This document shows positions 1 to 9,248 of a stretch of DNA of 64,000 nt, piece by piece (positions within the stretch are counted from its first letter, which is position 1; each line of letters starts with the position of its first letter). The stretch is taken from the NCBI GenBank assembly GCA_003154195.1, contig PMCS01000029.1, forward strand, positions 24,142-88,141, read 5' to 3'. A program made the position numbers and the translations under genes. The stretch is from Candidatus Omnitrophota bacterium. GTDB taxonomy: Bacteria; Omnitrophota; Gorgyraeia; Duberdicusellales; 4484-171. The notes beneath the pieces are model-generated. The model saw nothing but the letters and a program-made list of their open reading frames with translations, searched no databases and was not told the origin of the DNA.

Positions 1-428
1 CCCGCTCCCCGGCCCAGCCTGTTCTTTTGCCGATCGAAAGCTAAACCGGGGACAATGATTAAATCTATTTTTCCAATATCCAGTTCTTTTGTTTTCTCTG
101 TATCCGGCTGCCGGACGCCAAACGGCCCGGGCAAAAAATCACGGTCAAGGTCGCCGGCTTCAAAGGCACGCAGCTCTTTTTTAGCTGTGTCCATCACAGG
201 AAAACAAAATCTTTTAATCCCAATAGCCTTTCCTATCAACCCTAAAACATCAACTTCGCCCCTTAAAGGGAAATAAGCCATGATAACTTTTGCATCTTTA
301 TATATTTGTAATTCCGATAATATCGATAAAACATTCGCGCTCCTCCTTTTTATTTCTTCTTTGGTTAAAGACAGAAGCTTAGCCAGTAATTTTCCCCGTA
401 AATCTTTCTTTGCTTTGTTAATATCCAT
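1..428 (-). CDS. ygfA: 5-formyltetrahydrofolate cyclo-ligase (partial, runs off window start)
   Basis: Not in ORF track; manual translation MDINKAKKDLRGK...GEVD...IDLIIVPGLAFDRQKNRLGRGAG carries the family VPGLAFD...RLGRG motif. Confidence 0.93.
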   Translation of the reverse strand, partial: MDINKAKKDLRGKLLAKLLSLTKEEIKRRSANVLSILSELQIYKDAKVIMAYFPLRGEVDVLGLIGKAIGIKRFCFPVMDTAKKELRAFEAGDLDRDFLPGPFGVRQPDTEKTKELDIGKIDLIIVPGLAFDRQKNRLGRGA

Positions 429-479
429 AGTATCGGCGAAGATTTGCATAAGACTAAATCTCTCCAGAATACGGCAGAA

Positions 480-569
480 TAATCCACCTCACCCTGCGCC
501 CCTTGAGCTTGCTAATTCAACTAAGTCCGGAGTACCGGGCGAGTTTCATTACGGTGAAGTCTCATTAAT
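480..569 (-). repeat. Family A element (TAATGAGACT-type), 3'-degenerate copy
   Basis: Reverse complement aligns over ~85 nt with 35732-35828. Confidence 0.85.
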
Positions 570-611
570 ATTTTTTATTATATCATTCTTTTTATTTTGC
601 GCAAGTAAACC

Positions 612-676
612 CTAATCCGGCAATCCCGTTATCTTAAATACTCTATCTTCGGCAACGGGATTGCCGGATTAGGCGA
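612..676. repeat. Family B palindrome CCTAATCCGGCAA...TTGCCGGATTAGGCGA
   Basis: Long inverted arms; same termini at 50898-50962. Confidence 0.85.
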
Positions 677-753
677 ATGAAAACCTACGTTTTTTCCGCC
701 AACGGCGGACCAGCCTAAATATTTATTCTTTTGTGGCGAGCAAACTTTCCCTT
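675..753 (+). repeat. Family C composite hairpin element
   Basis: Near-complete inverted copy at 60651-60730; partial copies near 43804, 49403-49500, 54182-54226. Confidence 0.85.
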
Positions 754-755
754 TT

Positions 756-3700
756 TTATTTCGCCAAAGCCCATTCGGCGGCGGAAGGGTCAAAATCGCT
801 TACGGCAACAATCTCAAAATCAAACCCCTCGAAAACGGCGGGATCGAAAACCACAGGGGAAAACACAGGCGGCAGGGAACGGGAAGCCGGTAAAACAGCC
901 TGAGGCTTTACTTTTTTGGTTTCGATATTAAGATTGGAAGGATTGAAATCAATACCTCCGGTTTTTTCTGGTTTCGCGGGAAGAACCCCGGTTTTTTCTT
1001 CGTAAAGCGAAGAAAAAGGAGAAGAAGCAACCATGCCTTCCCCATTAATCATCTTTTCGATTCTTCCCATTATTGCCGCTTCATTATGCTCTAAGGCGTA
1101 TTTAAATTGCTCTAATTCTCCGGCGGCAAACCTTGTTTCTATTTCTTCCCTTAAATCAGCCGTCTCGCTATCGCCGGCATTTAAAAATCTATCCCGTATT
1201 TCGCCATCAATAATGCCTAAGATTAAGTGCTTGAGCTCAATATACTTTTTTATAATTTTCTTATTAATTGCGTTAGCCCTCTTAGCTCCCTCTTGCGATA
1301 TCTCCTGGCTGATAAGCAATCCCATAAAAGGCTCAACAAATACTCTTTTCTCAAGTGATTCGAAAACTATCATCCTGTAACGTTCCATAGACCGAAAGAT
1401 ATGCGGCTCAAATTTTCCCATCTCATCCAATAGCAAATCATCTTTTTCCATGTGCTCTAAAATACTTTCCAGCACCTTTCTCCTGAATATTTCCGCATGA
1501 CGTATTTCTTCCCCTGTCACCGCAAATCTCCTCCACCCCTCATCGTTTAGAATAATAGAAATATCAACATCGCCCACCGCAGCCAACGCCACCCTGCCAT
1601 CTTGCGCCAAATACATGCTTGAACCGGAAACAAATACCCTATCAATAAGCCTTTGCCCATCACCATCCACCACGCGGGCTACCGCCTGATTAAGTACGGC
1701 ATTCAACCGCACCGGGTACAAGAAATCGCCTTCGATGATCGGCGACGCGGCAACCCGGCCATTCATAATCTTTTCGATTCTTCCCCTTATCGCTACAATA
1801 TTATCATTTAAGTCTTGTTCAAGCCGCCTTCGCTCTCCTGCGGCAAGTATTTTTTTGACTCTTTTTCTCAATTCAGCCATCTGCGCCGCATCGCCGGAAT
1901 TACGCGAAAGTTGTTTTTGCAGAACGCGCAGCTCCACAGTGTCACCCTCAACCAACCGCTTAAGTTCAGTGTATTTTTTAAGAAATTTTAAATCCCGCGC
2001 CAACGGCTCCTTGCCCGCCAATGCCCACCTTTCCGTGCGAGTAAAAAGATCCTTATCGGCCAATCTTTCTTTTAATGATTTTAAAAATTGCGTTTTATAA
2101 CTGCTGTCGGATAAAAAAACTGCCCCCGTCTTTGCCTGCCTGCTATCTAAAAAAGCGCGCTGTTTATCATAGCTTAATATACGCTTTAGCGCCTTCTCAA
2201 ACCCTTTTCTAAAAATGTCTGCCGCCATCGTTCCCCTATCCACCCTATCGATACCCCGCCGGCGAAATAAGTTTTTTTTCATCTCGCGGCCGGCCTTGTT
2301 CAATATAATAAAGATATCCTCGTCGCCTACCGCGCCTAACGCAACCTTGCCGTCCCGCGCCAGATACTGCAGCGAACCATTTACGAATGCTCTTTCAAAA
2401 ATCCTTTGCCCTCTAGCGTTCCTTATTAACCTTGCCGCACGGTTAAGCGCTCTGTTCAACCGCTCCGGATACAAAAAACCACGCTCAATGATAGGAGGGA
2501 CGGCGGGTTTTTCTTTTACTTCTCCGTCCCCCATTCCTCTTCTTTCTTCCCTCATCCCCTGGTCTTCTACAGGCGACCCCGCGCGGCCCTGCCCCCATTT
2601 TACCAAGGCCTTTTTTTCCCGGCCATCATCACGGCGCCATATCACGCCGCAATTTTTGCCGGATACCATCATTGCCGCTGCGCCGCCCCGGCCTTGAGGT
2701 AAAACACGCTGTACGCGGGCAAAAGGAAATTTGTCCTGGATTATTTTTTTAGCCTCGCGTAATATTTTACGCTCCTTCGCATTATTCTCATGGGTATAGA
2801 AAACAACCTGCAAGCTTGTTAAATCTGGGGGTAACTTTTCCATGACTTCCTGCACCGGGACACTGAAATCATGGCCGTCTTTATCATACATGCCCAAAGT
2901 AAAGTGCCCCAACCCGGAAATCGTATCCTTTTTATTTGCGCCAAATAATCCCATACCGGCACAAACAGAAATACCTTCAGTCGCGAGCCGCGCGTCATCG
3001 GGTGGATTGCGCGCTAAAATAAATTTACTCTCTTCCACAACATAGGCTTTAACGCCTTGCCCCAATTGCATGCTCGGCGCTGTCTCACGCGTAATCAAAC
3101 GATAGTTTTGTTTATCCACATCATAATGGCCAAAATCTTCCGGCAAAAAATCGAAATATTTTATTTCGGGAACATCAACAAATGTCCGCAACTCAGCGAA
3201 TAACGGGTTTTCTTCTTCATCGCCCATCTTCCCTCGCCCCGGGCTTGTGCTGAGCGAAGTCGAAGTGTACTCGCGAACCGCCGAACGAGAAAACGCCCCA
3301 TGAGACGCTCGGTCATCACCTTCTTCTCTGTTTTTTACAAATGCCGGCGACCCCGCCCCCCTCAACCGCGCCGTCACGGTTTTACCGCTTTCCATTTCTA
3401 CCGGCTGAAACGGCCGCTCCACCAACGCGCTCGACACTCCGGCTAAAGTGCAACCTCCGGAAAAATAGCGACGGCGGATTTGTTTTCGGACAGGGCTTAG
3501 CCCTGTCCCTACATATTCTTTTTTAATAATATTGTAGGCGCCTTTTTTGTAGGCTTCTAAATACTTTTGATAAACGTTGTCTTTAATCTTGGGATCTATT
3601 TTATCGATACCTTTAATTTTATTTTTGTCGATATACAGATTAAAGGCGTTTAGCCAGTTGGGTCCGTTAGACTCGTCCCCTTCGGGGAGGCTCCGCTTCG

Positions 3701-4694
3701 CTTCGCTCTTGATCCTGTTATTTTTTTCAGCGATCATCTGCTTTTTCTCATCTGCGATCATCAGCGCAGCGCGCAAGCGCCGCTTAAACCACGTTGCCAG
3801 CACAACCGCGTGATAAATCCGGCGTAATTCGGCAAACTGCTTGCCGTTATTCACCTCTTCCTCGATTGCCGGGACAATGATTTCGCGCATGATTTGACTG
3901 CTTAATTCGTTTAGCCCGTTAGGCCCGTTGTGCCGGTTTAGCCGGTTAGAAGACTTTAACCCTGCAACCGGCTTAACTGGCTCAACCGGCTCAACATTTT
4001 TCTTCATGGCAAGATAGTCGCTTTCAAGCATCACCTTCAATTTCGCTTCACCCACCATTGCCTTATCGCCATCGGCGTAAACTACCGCTTTATCCGGCAC
4101 AATCCATACCTTGCTGAAGGTATTGATTATCCGGTTACGGGCGGGGGCAAGCCCCGCCCCTACATTATTGTTGATCCTTTCATAAACCCTATCCCAGAAT
4201 TTTTTGCCCAAAGGCGATTCGGGATAGGTCAGGCTGGCGGATAATTGTTTTAAGATATAATCCTGGTTCAGCAGGCCTTCGCCCATATCGGTAGCATCTA
4301 AACCCGCGGGGATGACCCTATTTTGCTCATAAGGAGAAAGGTTAACCCAGAGGTCGTTTTCGGGTATAGTTAATGCAGCGAGAAAATATCTGATTAATTT
4401 TTCCGCATCCAATTTTAATTCTTCGTTAGAAGAATTAAAATTGCCGGAATCGATAATAAAATCTAACTTCAAAGGGTCACGGGGATAAAATTTAATACCC
4501 TTCAGGGTCGGTGGATTAAACGCCGGGCTTGCGCTGATAAGCGGATAGGCTTGCGGAGCGTTGACCAGCGTAGAAGCGGAAACGTTCACCCCCAGGCTCG
4601 TCGCCAATAAACAAAGCACCAGCGCCGGGGATACGGCCTTGATCAATAATAGTTTTTTAGTGCCCATCCTTACCATAGTATATAAATGTAACAT
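756..4694 (-). CDS. Large secreted modular protein (Omnitrophota giant-protein-like): conserved N-terminal domain, CheD-like Cys/His domain, two nucleotidyltransferase-like repeats, C-terminal GGIDFNP motif
   Basis: 1312-aa ORF; hydrophobic signal peptide; AGSP/AASP/ASSP linkers; ~240-aa internal duplication with GS...DxD; true start may be a downstream ATG (~4667). Confidence 0.75.
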   Translation of the reverse strand: MLHLYTMVRMGTKKLLLIKAVSPALVLCLLATSLGVNVSASTLVNAPQAYPLISASPAFNPPTLKGIKFYPRDPLKLDFIIDSGNFNSSNEELKLDAEKLIRYFLAALTIPENDLWVNLSPYEQNRVIPAGLDATDMGEGLLNQDYILKQLSASLTYPESPLGKKFWDRVYERINNNVGAGLAPARNRIINTFSKVWIVPDKAVVYADGDKAMVGEAKLKVMLESDYLAMKKNVEPVEPVKPVAGLKSSNRLNRHNGPNGLNELSSQIMREIIVPAIEEEVNNGKQFAELRRIYHAVVLATWFKRRLRAALMIADEKKQMIAEKNNRIKSEAKRSLPEGDESNGPNWLNAFNLYIDKNKIKGIDKIDPKIKDNVYQKYLEAYKKGAYNIIKKEYVGTGLSPVRKQIRRRYFSGGCTLAGVSSALVERPFQPVEMESGKTVTARLRGAGSPAFVKNREEGDDRASHGAFSRSAVREYTSTSLSTSPGRGKMGDEEENPLFAELRTFVDVPEIKYFDFLPEDFGHYDVDKQNYRLITRETAPSMQLGQGVKAYVVEESKFILARNPPDDARLATEGISVCAGMGLFGANKKDTISGLGHFTLGMYDKDGHDFSVPVQEVMEKLPPDLTSLQVVFYTHENNAKERKILREAKKIIQDKFPFARVQRVLPQGRGGAAAMMVSGKNCGVIWRRDDGREKKALVKWGQGRAGSPVEDQGMREERRGMGDGEVKEKPAVPPIIERGFLYPERLNRALNRAARLIRNARGQRIFERAFVNGSLQYLARDGKVALGAVGDEDIFIILNKAGREMKKNLFRRRGIDRVDRGTMAADIFRKGFEKALKRILSYDKQRAFLDSRQAKTGAVFLSDSSYKTQFLKSLKERLADKDLFTRTERWALAGKEPLARDLKFLKKYTELKRLVEGDTVELRVLQKQLSRNSGDAAQMAELRKRVKKILAAGERRRLEQDLNDNIVAIRGRIEKIMNGRVAASPIIEGDFLYPVRLNAVLNQAVARVVDGDGQRLIDRVFVSGSSMYLAQDGRVALAAVGDVDISIILNDEGWRRFAVTGEEIRHAEIFRRKVLESILEHMEKDDLLLDEMGKFEPHIFRSMERYRMIVFESLEKRVFVEPFMGLLISQEISQEGAKRANAINKKIIKKYIELKHLILGIIDGEIRDRFLNAGDSETADLREEIETRFAAGELEQFKYALEHNEAAIMGRIEKMINGEGMVASSPFSSLYEEKTGVLPAKPEKTGGIDFNPSNLNIETKKVKPQAVLPASRSLPPVFSPVVFDPAVFEGFDFEIVAVSDFDPSAAEWALAK
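3487..3513 (-). repeat. GTAG-type REP hairpin in frame within CDS (encodes VGTGLSPVR)
   Basis: TGTAGGGACAGGGCTAAGCCCTGTCCG: GTAG tetranucleotide plus hairpin. Confidence 0.75.
3909..3995. repeat. Family E 9-mer palindrome in frame within CDS
   Basis: Same GTTTAGCCG/AACCGGCTC units as intergenic copies at 24123 and 25706. Confidence 0.85.
4138..4164 (-). repeat. GTAG-type REP hairpin in frame within CDS (encodes VGAGLAPAR)
   Basis: TGTAGGGGCGGGGCTTGCCCCCGCCCG. Confidence 0.8.
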
Positions 4695-4904
4695 TAATCA
4701 GGTAATGATTGCCATAGAAAAGACGGGGGTTTCGAGGTATTTTGTAAACGGTTACATCAAATTGTTTCGCTATTTTTGCGAAACAATTTGTCAGGCAAAA
4801 ATAAAAATCAAGAAAAAATATAATTTTTTAAATATTTTATTGCCGCCGGCTTCCTTTATCCGCAAAGCGGTATTATTTTATTTTTACGCAGTAAAAATAA
4901 AATC

Positions 4905-4932
4905 TTGACAATAAACGGTGGAATTATACAAT
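4905..4932 (+). promoter_or_regulatory. sigma70-like promoter of hup
   Basis: TTGACA-16 nt-TACAAT. Confidence 0.6.
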
Positions 4933-5038
4933 AATATCTTGAAACTTATTGAAAACATTCATTAATCTGCACTTATTGCTTACGGGCGTAAAGTACGCTT
5001 TCAAGCGAAGTGCGCTCAAACTAAAGGGAGGTGTCTTA

Positions 5039-5308
5039 ATGAATAAGGCGCAGTTAATCGAAGAGGTCGCGAAGAAGACTTGCACCAAGAAAGAAGCGCA
5101 GGAAGCAGTAGAATCGGTTTTCGATATAATCAGAGGCTCATTAAAGAAAAAAGACGACGTGGCGATTTCCGGTTTCGGCACATTCCGGGTAAAACAGACC
5201 AAAGCCCGCCAGGGAAGAAACCCCAAGACCGGCGAAACAATCCAGATCCCGGCAAAAAAGAAAGTAGCTTTTCGCGCCGCGAAAGATTTAAAAAACGCGG
5301 TTCTATAA
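5039..5308 (+). CDS. hup: DNA-binding protein HU
   Basis: MNKAQLI...GFGTF...GRNPKTGE motif; GGAGG SD before ATG 5039. Confidence 0.96.
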   Translation: MNKAQLIEEVAKKTCTKKEAQEAVESVFDIIRGSLKKKDDVAISGFGTFRVKQTKARQGRNPKTGETIQIPAKKKVAFRAAKDLKNAVL

Positions 5309-5341
5309 TAAAAATTTGCCGTAAGCAAATTTTTATCGAAC

Positions 5342-5382
5342 AAAAAATAGAGCGCATCATAAACGATGCGCTCTATTTTTTT
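5342..5382. terminator. Bidirectional intrinsic terminator
   Basis: AAAAAATAGAGCGCATC...GATGCGCTCTATTTTTT between convergent genes. Confidence 0.7.
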
Positions 5383-5408
5383 GGCCGGACGCCCGGTTAC
5401 AAACACCT

Positions 5409-7091
5409 TTAAAAAACTACCTTCCTAAGATTGACCGTATTGCCGGTTAAGCCTTTAATTACTAATTTGTTCAAAACATCCCTGAAATTATTTTCCGGTG
5501 TTATAAAATTTTCTTCAAAAAATTCGTACCGGAATGCCTTGTCCCGGCACGTTTCCTCCACGCGAAAAATTTTCCCCTCTCTCAGCAGCTTCACTAAAAG
5601 AATAATCCCCAGCGCCTCTCTATCTACCCTCGCTGATGTTAATACTGCTTTACTTAAATCCGAATTAAGCGTTTTTTCTTTTAAGAATATGGGAAAATTT
5701 TCGCTGTTAAGCAAAAATTTTCCCATCAGGCTTTTAATAAAGTTAACAATCCGGCAGAGGTAAACTAAAGAAAAAATACCGTCCCGGCCGATATCTTTAT
5801 CGAAGCAGGCGGCGCTGCTGCGAAAAAACAGGTAATCGCTTTCCGCGAAGGAAAATTTCTCTTTCAGCTCATTGAACAAACCGCTTTCGATTACGGGATA
5901 AAAAATACTGGGCCCAAGCATTACGTTTTCAGCGGCTAAGGATTTTATATCCCTGAGGCAATCGCCAAAGCGCTGGCCCGGCAAACCGATAATAAAATGA
6001 ACCGTGGAGGGAATATTTTCCGCCAGCCGGCCGGCGATGGAAAAAATATTTCTTTCCTGAGTTTTGCGCTTCGCGTTATTCCGCGGGGCGGATTGCGCCC
6101 CGGCGATGGAAAAATCAAGATGGGTAAGGCCGGCGGCGGAAAGTTTCCGGCATATTTTTTTAGTCAGCCCGCGGCTCAAAACACCGTTCATGAAGGAAAT
6201 CTTTATTTTCCCGGCGTAGCCGGCGATCAATAAATCCAGGAGTTTTCCCAGTTCCGGGTTAAAGTTAATGTTGTCGTCTTCAAAATTAAAATGGCGGATA
6301 CCCAGAGAATAGCACTCCTCTATTTCCTTAAACACATTATCGGCGCGGCGAAAACGAAATCTTTCTTTTATCGCGCAAAACTTACAGCCAAGACTACAGC
6401 CCCGCGACGTCAACAATGCCGCGGAAAGCATACCTTTAAAAATATACCGGGAAGAATCGATCAAGGAACGCTCGGGAAAGGGCAGGCTGTTTAAGTCGCG
6501 GATTATACCGGAAGTCCGGGAGATATTTAAGTTATTTTTAATTTTATAGCCCAACCCGTCAATCTTAGGCAAAATACCTTTCCCCGCCCCTTCGCATAAT
6601 CTGACCATACTCTGTTCCGCTTCGCCGCGAATAATGAAATCGACGTTTTCTTGCCCTAAAACAAACTCCGGCATTATGGCAGGGAACCTCCCGCCTAAAA
6701 CAACCGGTATTCTCTTGTCGATTTTTTTTACCCGGCCGGCGACGCCCAGCGCGGTATCGAAATAAGGCGAGAAATTCGAGGAAATTCCTACGATGCTCGG
6801 TTTGAATCCGGCAATCTCTTCTTCGATTTCGGCCCAGGACATGCCGAAATGATAGTAATTATCGAAGAGGCAAAAAGGCGATTTGTTCCGGCGATAATAC
6901 CGTTTAAGGTAGGAAAATTCTTCCGGGGTTTTCAGGGAAAATTTTTTATTCCCTTCCAGCGTATTCAAAACTTTTACGTCAAACCCGGCTTGTTTTAAGG
7001 AAGCGGCAAGATAAAGCAAACCTAAAGGATATGCTCTCTGGGGAGTAAAGAAAAAATCTTCGATAGGAGGGGCGATCAGAAGAATTTTCAA
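5409..7091 (-). CDS. B12-binding domain radical SAM protein
   Basis: N-terminal PLGLLYLAA B12-binding domain; SRGCSLGCKFC CxxxCxxC; FEDDN. Confidence 0.88.
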   Translation of the reverse strand: MKILLIAPPIEDFFFTPQRAYPLGLLYLAASLKQAGFDVKVLNTLEGNKKFSLKTPEEFSYLKRYYRRNKSPFCLFDNYYHFGMSWAEIEEEIAGFKPSIVGISSNFSPYFDTALGVAGRVKKIDKRIPVVLGGRFPAIMPEFVLGQENVDFIIRGEAEQSMVRLCEGAGKGILPKIDGLGYKIKNNLNISRTSGIIRDLNSLPFPERSLIDSSRYIFKGMLSAALLTSRGCSLGCKFCAIKERFRFRRADNVFKEIEECYSLGIRHFNFEDDNINFNPELGKLLDLLIAGYAGKIKISFMNGVLSRGLTKKICRKLSAAGLTHLDFSIAGAQSAPRNNAKRKTQERNIFSIAGRLAENIPSTVHFIIGLPGQRFGDCLRDIKSLAAENVMLGPSIFYPVIESGLFNELKEKFSFAESDYLFFRSSAACFDKDIGRDGIFSLVYLCRIVNFIKSLMGKFLLNSENFPIFLKEKTLNSDLSKAVLTSARVDREALGIILLVKLLREGKIFRVEETCRDKAFRYEFFEENFITPENNFRDVLNKLVIKGLTGNTVNLRKVVF

Positions 7092-7185
7092 GGGCGATTT
7101 ATTTTGAGTGAACTGCCACCTTTGTCCGCCCTCGGCGGCATCCCGTCATAGGCGGTGAACAGCGGCAATTTTCTGCGGAAAAATA

Positions 7186-7243
7186 AAAAAATGAGCCGTA
7201 AACCATCGACATCCGATAATTACCTTATGGCTTACGGCTCATT
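7186..7243 (-). terminator. Hairpin/terminator after lipoprotein gene
   Basis: AATGAGCCGTAA...TTACGGCTCATT with T-run on minus strand. Confidence 0.6.
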
Positions 7244-7250
7244 AATTTAA

Positions 7251-7898
7251 TCATTTCACTAAATCATCGATCTCAACCGCATACCCTTTTTGAAAATTTA
7301 TTTCGGGCACCTCGACACGGGAACCATCGCGTTCCAAACCGCTCAAAGTAAGAGACATGGCCTCTTCCGGCGAAGGCGGGTATATTTCAAATTTTAAAAG
7401 CACGCCGGACCACTTTCCTTTCTCCAGCTCCAGAGCCGAACTCAGCGGTGCCGCAGAAAAGTTACTATTGTCCAGAAAAGCTTTCTTGAAATCCTTAAAA
7501 CAGAATAAACTGGTAAGGTATACTTCCCTGTCGTATTCCGGGCCATAACTGGCAACGGGTTTTAATGTCTTGCCGTAAGCATTTAATTCTACCCCCGAAG
7601 GGTCGAAAGAAAAACCACTGGCCTTAGGTAAAAATGCCATTTCCACGAAAAACGCGTGTTCTACCGGGCCGTCAAATCTTTTAGGGATTTTGAAACCAAA
7701 TAATATCGCGGAAGCATTGACATCGAAATTATACGGCTTGATGGTCATCCGTAAACCAGGCATGATAATATTGCCGTCGTCTTTAACCTTAATATTGCCC
7801 GACACGTAAGGCTTGGGCCGGCTTACGTCAAAACGAGTGGTCATACATCCCGAAAAAAACAAAACAGCAAAAACTAAAAAAATGGCCTTTTTCATCAT
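7251..7898 (-). CDS. Hypothetical lipoprotein
   Basis: MKK, hydrophobic stretch, FSGC lipobox; GAGGA SD. Confidence 0.75.
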   Translation of the reverse strand: MMKKAIFLVFAVLFFSGCMTTRFDVSRPKPYVSGNIKVKDDGNIIMPGLRMTIKPYNFDVNASAILFGFKIPKRFDGPVEHAFFVEMAFLPKASGFSFDPSGVELNAYGKTLKPVASYGPEYDREVYLTSLFCFKDFKKAFLDNSNFSAAPLSSALELEKGKWSGVLLKFEIYPPSPEEAMSLTLSGLERDGSRVEVPEINFQKGYAVEIDDLVK

Positions 7899-8117
7899 CT
7901 TATCCTCCTCAAGAAAAATTTGCCCGAAGGGAAAATTTTTCTTGATCCCGAAGCAGCAAGCCGAGGGATCTTATATGAAATGATTTCCTATAATTATAAA
8001 TGAACCTGCTTTTCCCTGTATCCTCGAAGGTACCTATAACTGTTAGGGTATAATTTTTTAATATGCATAAAAAGAAACAGTATTAATATACTCTTATCCT
8101 TTAAAAAATCAAGTTTT

Positions 8118-9248
8118 TTATATTTTTCTCAATTTCGCCACGAAAAATCCCTCCATATATGCGTTAGGGATAATCCGGCGGCATAGATGCAAAGGCGCGC
8201 TGCTTTTTAGGCCGCGCCAACCGGTTAAACCGCGGCAAGAGTTTTTTAACGGCGTTTCTATCGGCAGGATCTCCAACCTATCCTTAAATTTATCCACGAA
8301 CCAATCGATTACGCCTTCGTTTTCTTCCGGCGAAAAGGTGCAGGTCGAATAAACCAGCTCGCCGCCTTGTTTCAGGGCGAAGAATGCCGCGGCCAGGAGC
8401 TTTTTCTGCGTATGCACCATCTCTTTAACCTTATTCGGTCGCCAGTATTTAAAAGTTTTTGGTTCGGCTACCCAGAACCGGCCTTCGGCGGAACAGGGCG
8501 CGTCGACCAGAATCTTATCGAAATATTCGGGAAATTTCTTCCGCACCCACATCCCGTCGATCAACATCACCCGCACCCGGGGGATACCATCGTAAACCTC
8601 TCCGGACGCATCATCTTCGACCGGTGAGAATTCCTGTTCGTCGGCGTCGCCGGGGTATTCTTCGCCGGCGCCATCACTGCCATCGCCTTCATCTTCCCGG
8701 CTATCATGCGCATAATCGGGGATCTTGTGGGGATAACGCTCTTCGTAATAACCGCCAATTCGTACCGCTTCGATGCCCTGGATCTTTAAATTAGCCAGAA
8801 GCTTATAGTAGCGGATACGATTCTTTTCTATCGCCACGACATTGCTTCTGGGCGCCAGCGATATGATCTGAGTAGTTTTGGTGCCGGGGGCGGCGCAAAG
8901 ATCAAGAATTTTTTCGCCGTTTTGCGGGTTGAGGATAACCGGGGGAAGCATGCTGGAAACATTCTGGATATAAACACAACCGTTTAAATAAAAACTGGTT
9001 TTTTGGAAATCTCTCAGGGGAGTATTTAATAAAAAAGCTCCTGCGGGATAAGGCAATTCCTGAAAACGTATCCCCTGGCGTAAAAGTTCTTTCTTCAAAG
9101 TAACCAGGTCTATTTTTAAAAAATTAGGCCGGAAGGAACTTAATTTTTTATCCAGGAAAGATTCCAGAATAGTGTTGAAATTAGCCGGATAAATATCCTG
9201 CATTTTTTCGATGAACCCGCGAGGTAGTCGGTAAATAGTTTCTTTCAT
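8118..9248 (-). CDS. RsmB/NOP2 (RsmF-like) RNA m5C methyltransferase with acidic insertion
   Basis: DLCAAPGTKT, DAPCS and YSTCT...EENE motifs. Confidence 0.9.
   Translation of the reverse strand: MKETIYRLPRGFIEKMQDIYPANFNTILESFLDKKLSSFRPNFLKIDLVTLKKELLRQGIRFQELPYPAGAFLLNTPLRDFQKTSFYLNGCVYIQNVSSMLPPVILNPQNGEKILDLCAAPGTKTTQIISLAPRSNVVAIEKNRIRYYKLLANLKIQGIEAVRIGGYYEERYPHKIPDYAHDSREDEGDGSDGAGEEYPGDADEQEFSPVEDDASGEVYDGIPRVRVMLIDGMWVRKKFPEYFDKILVDAPCSAEGRFWVAEPKTFKYWRPNKVKEMVHTQKKLLAAAFFALKQGGELVYSTCTFSPEENEGVIDWFVDKFKDRLEILPIETPLKNSCRGLTGWRGLKSSAPLHLCRRIIPNAYMEGFFVAKLRKI

Noticed and set aside
429-600. 6S RNA expected upstream of ygfA
   Set aside because: The region is a family A repeat matching 35732-35828; the 6S-like folds are at 55.7-56.4 kb.
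7092-7190. Cobalamin riboswitch upstream of the B12 radical SAM gene
   Set aside because: No B12-box or GGGAA...GCCCCCGC core; contains only CCGCCnnnGGCGG mini-hairpins.
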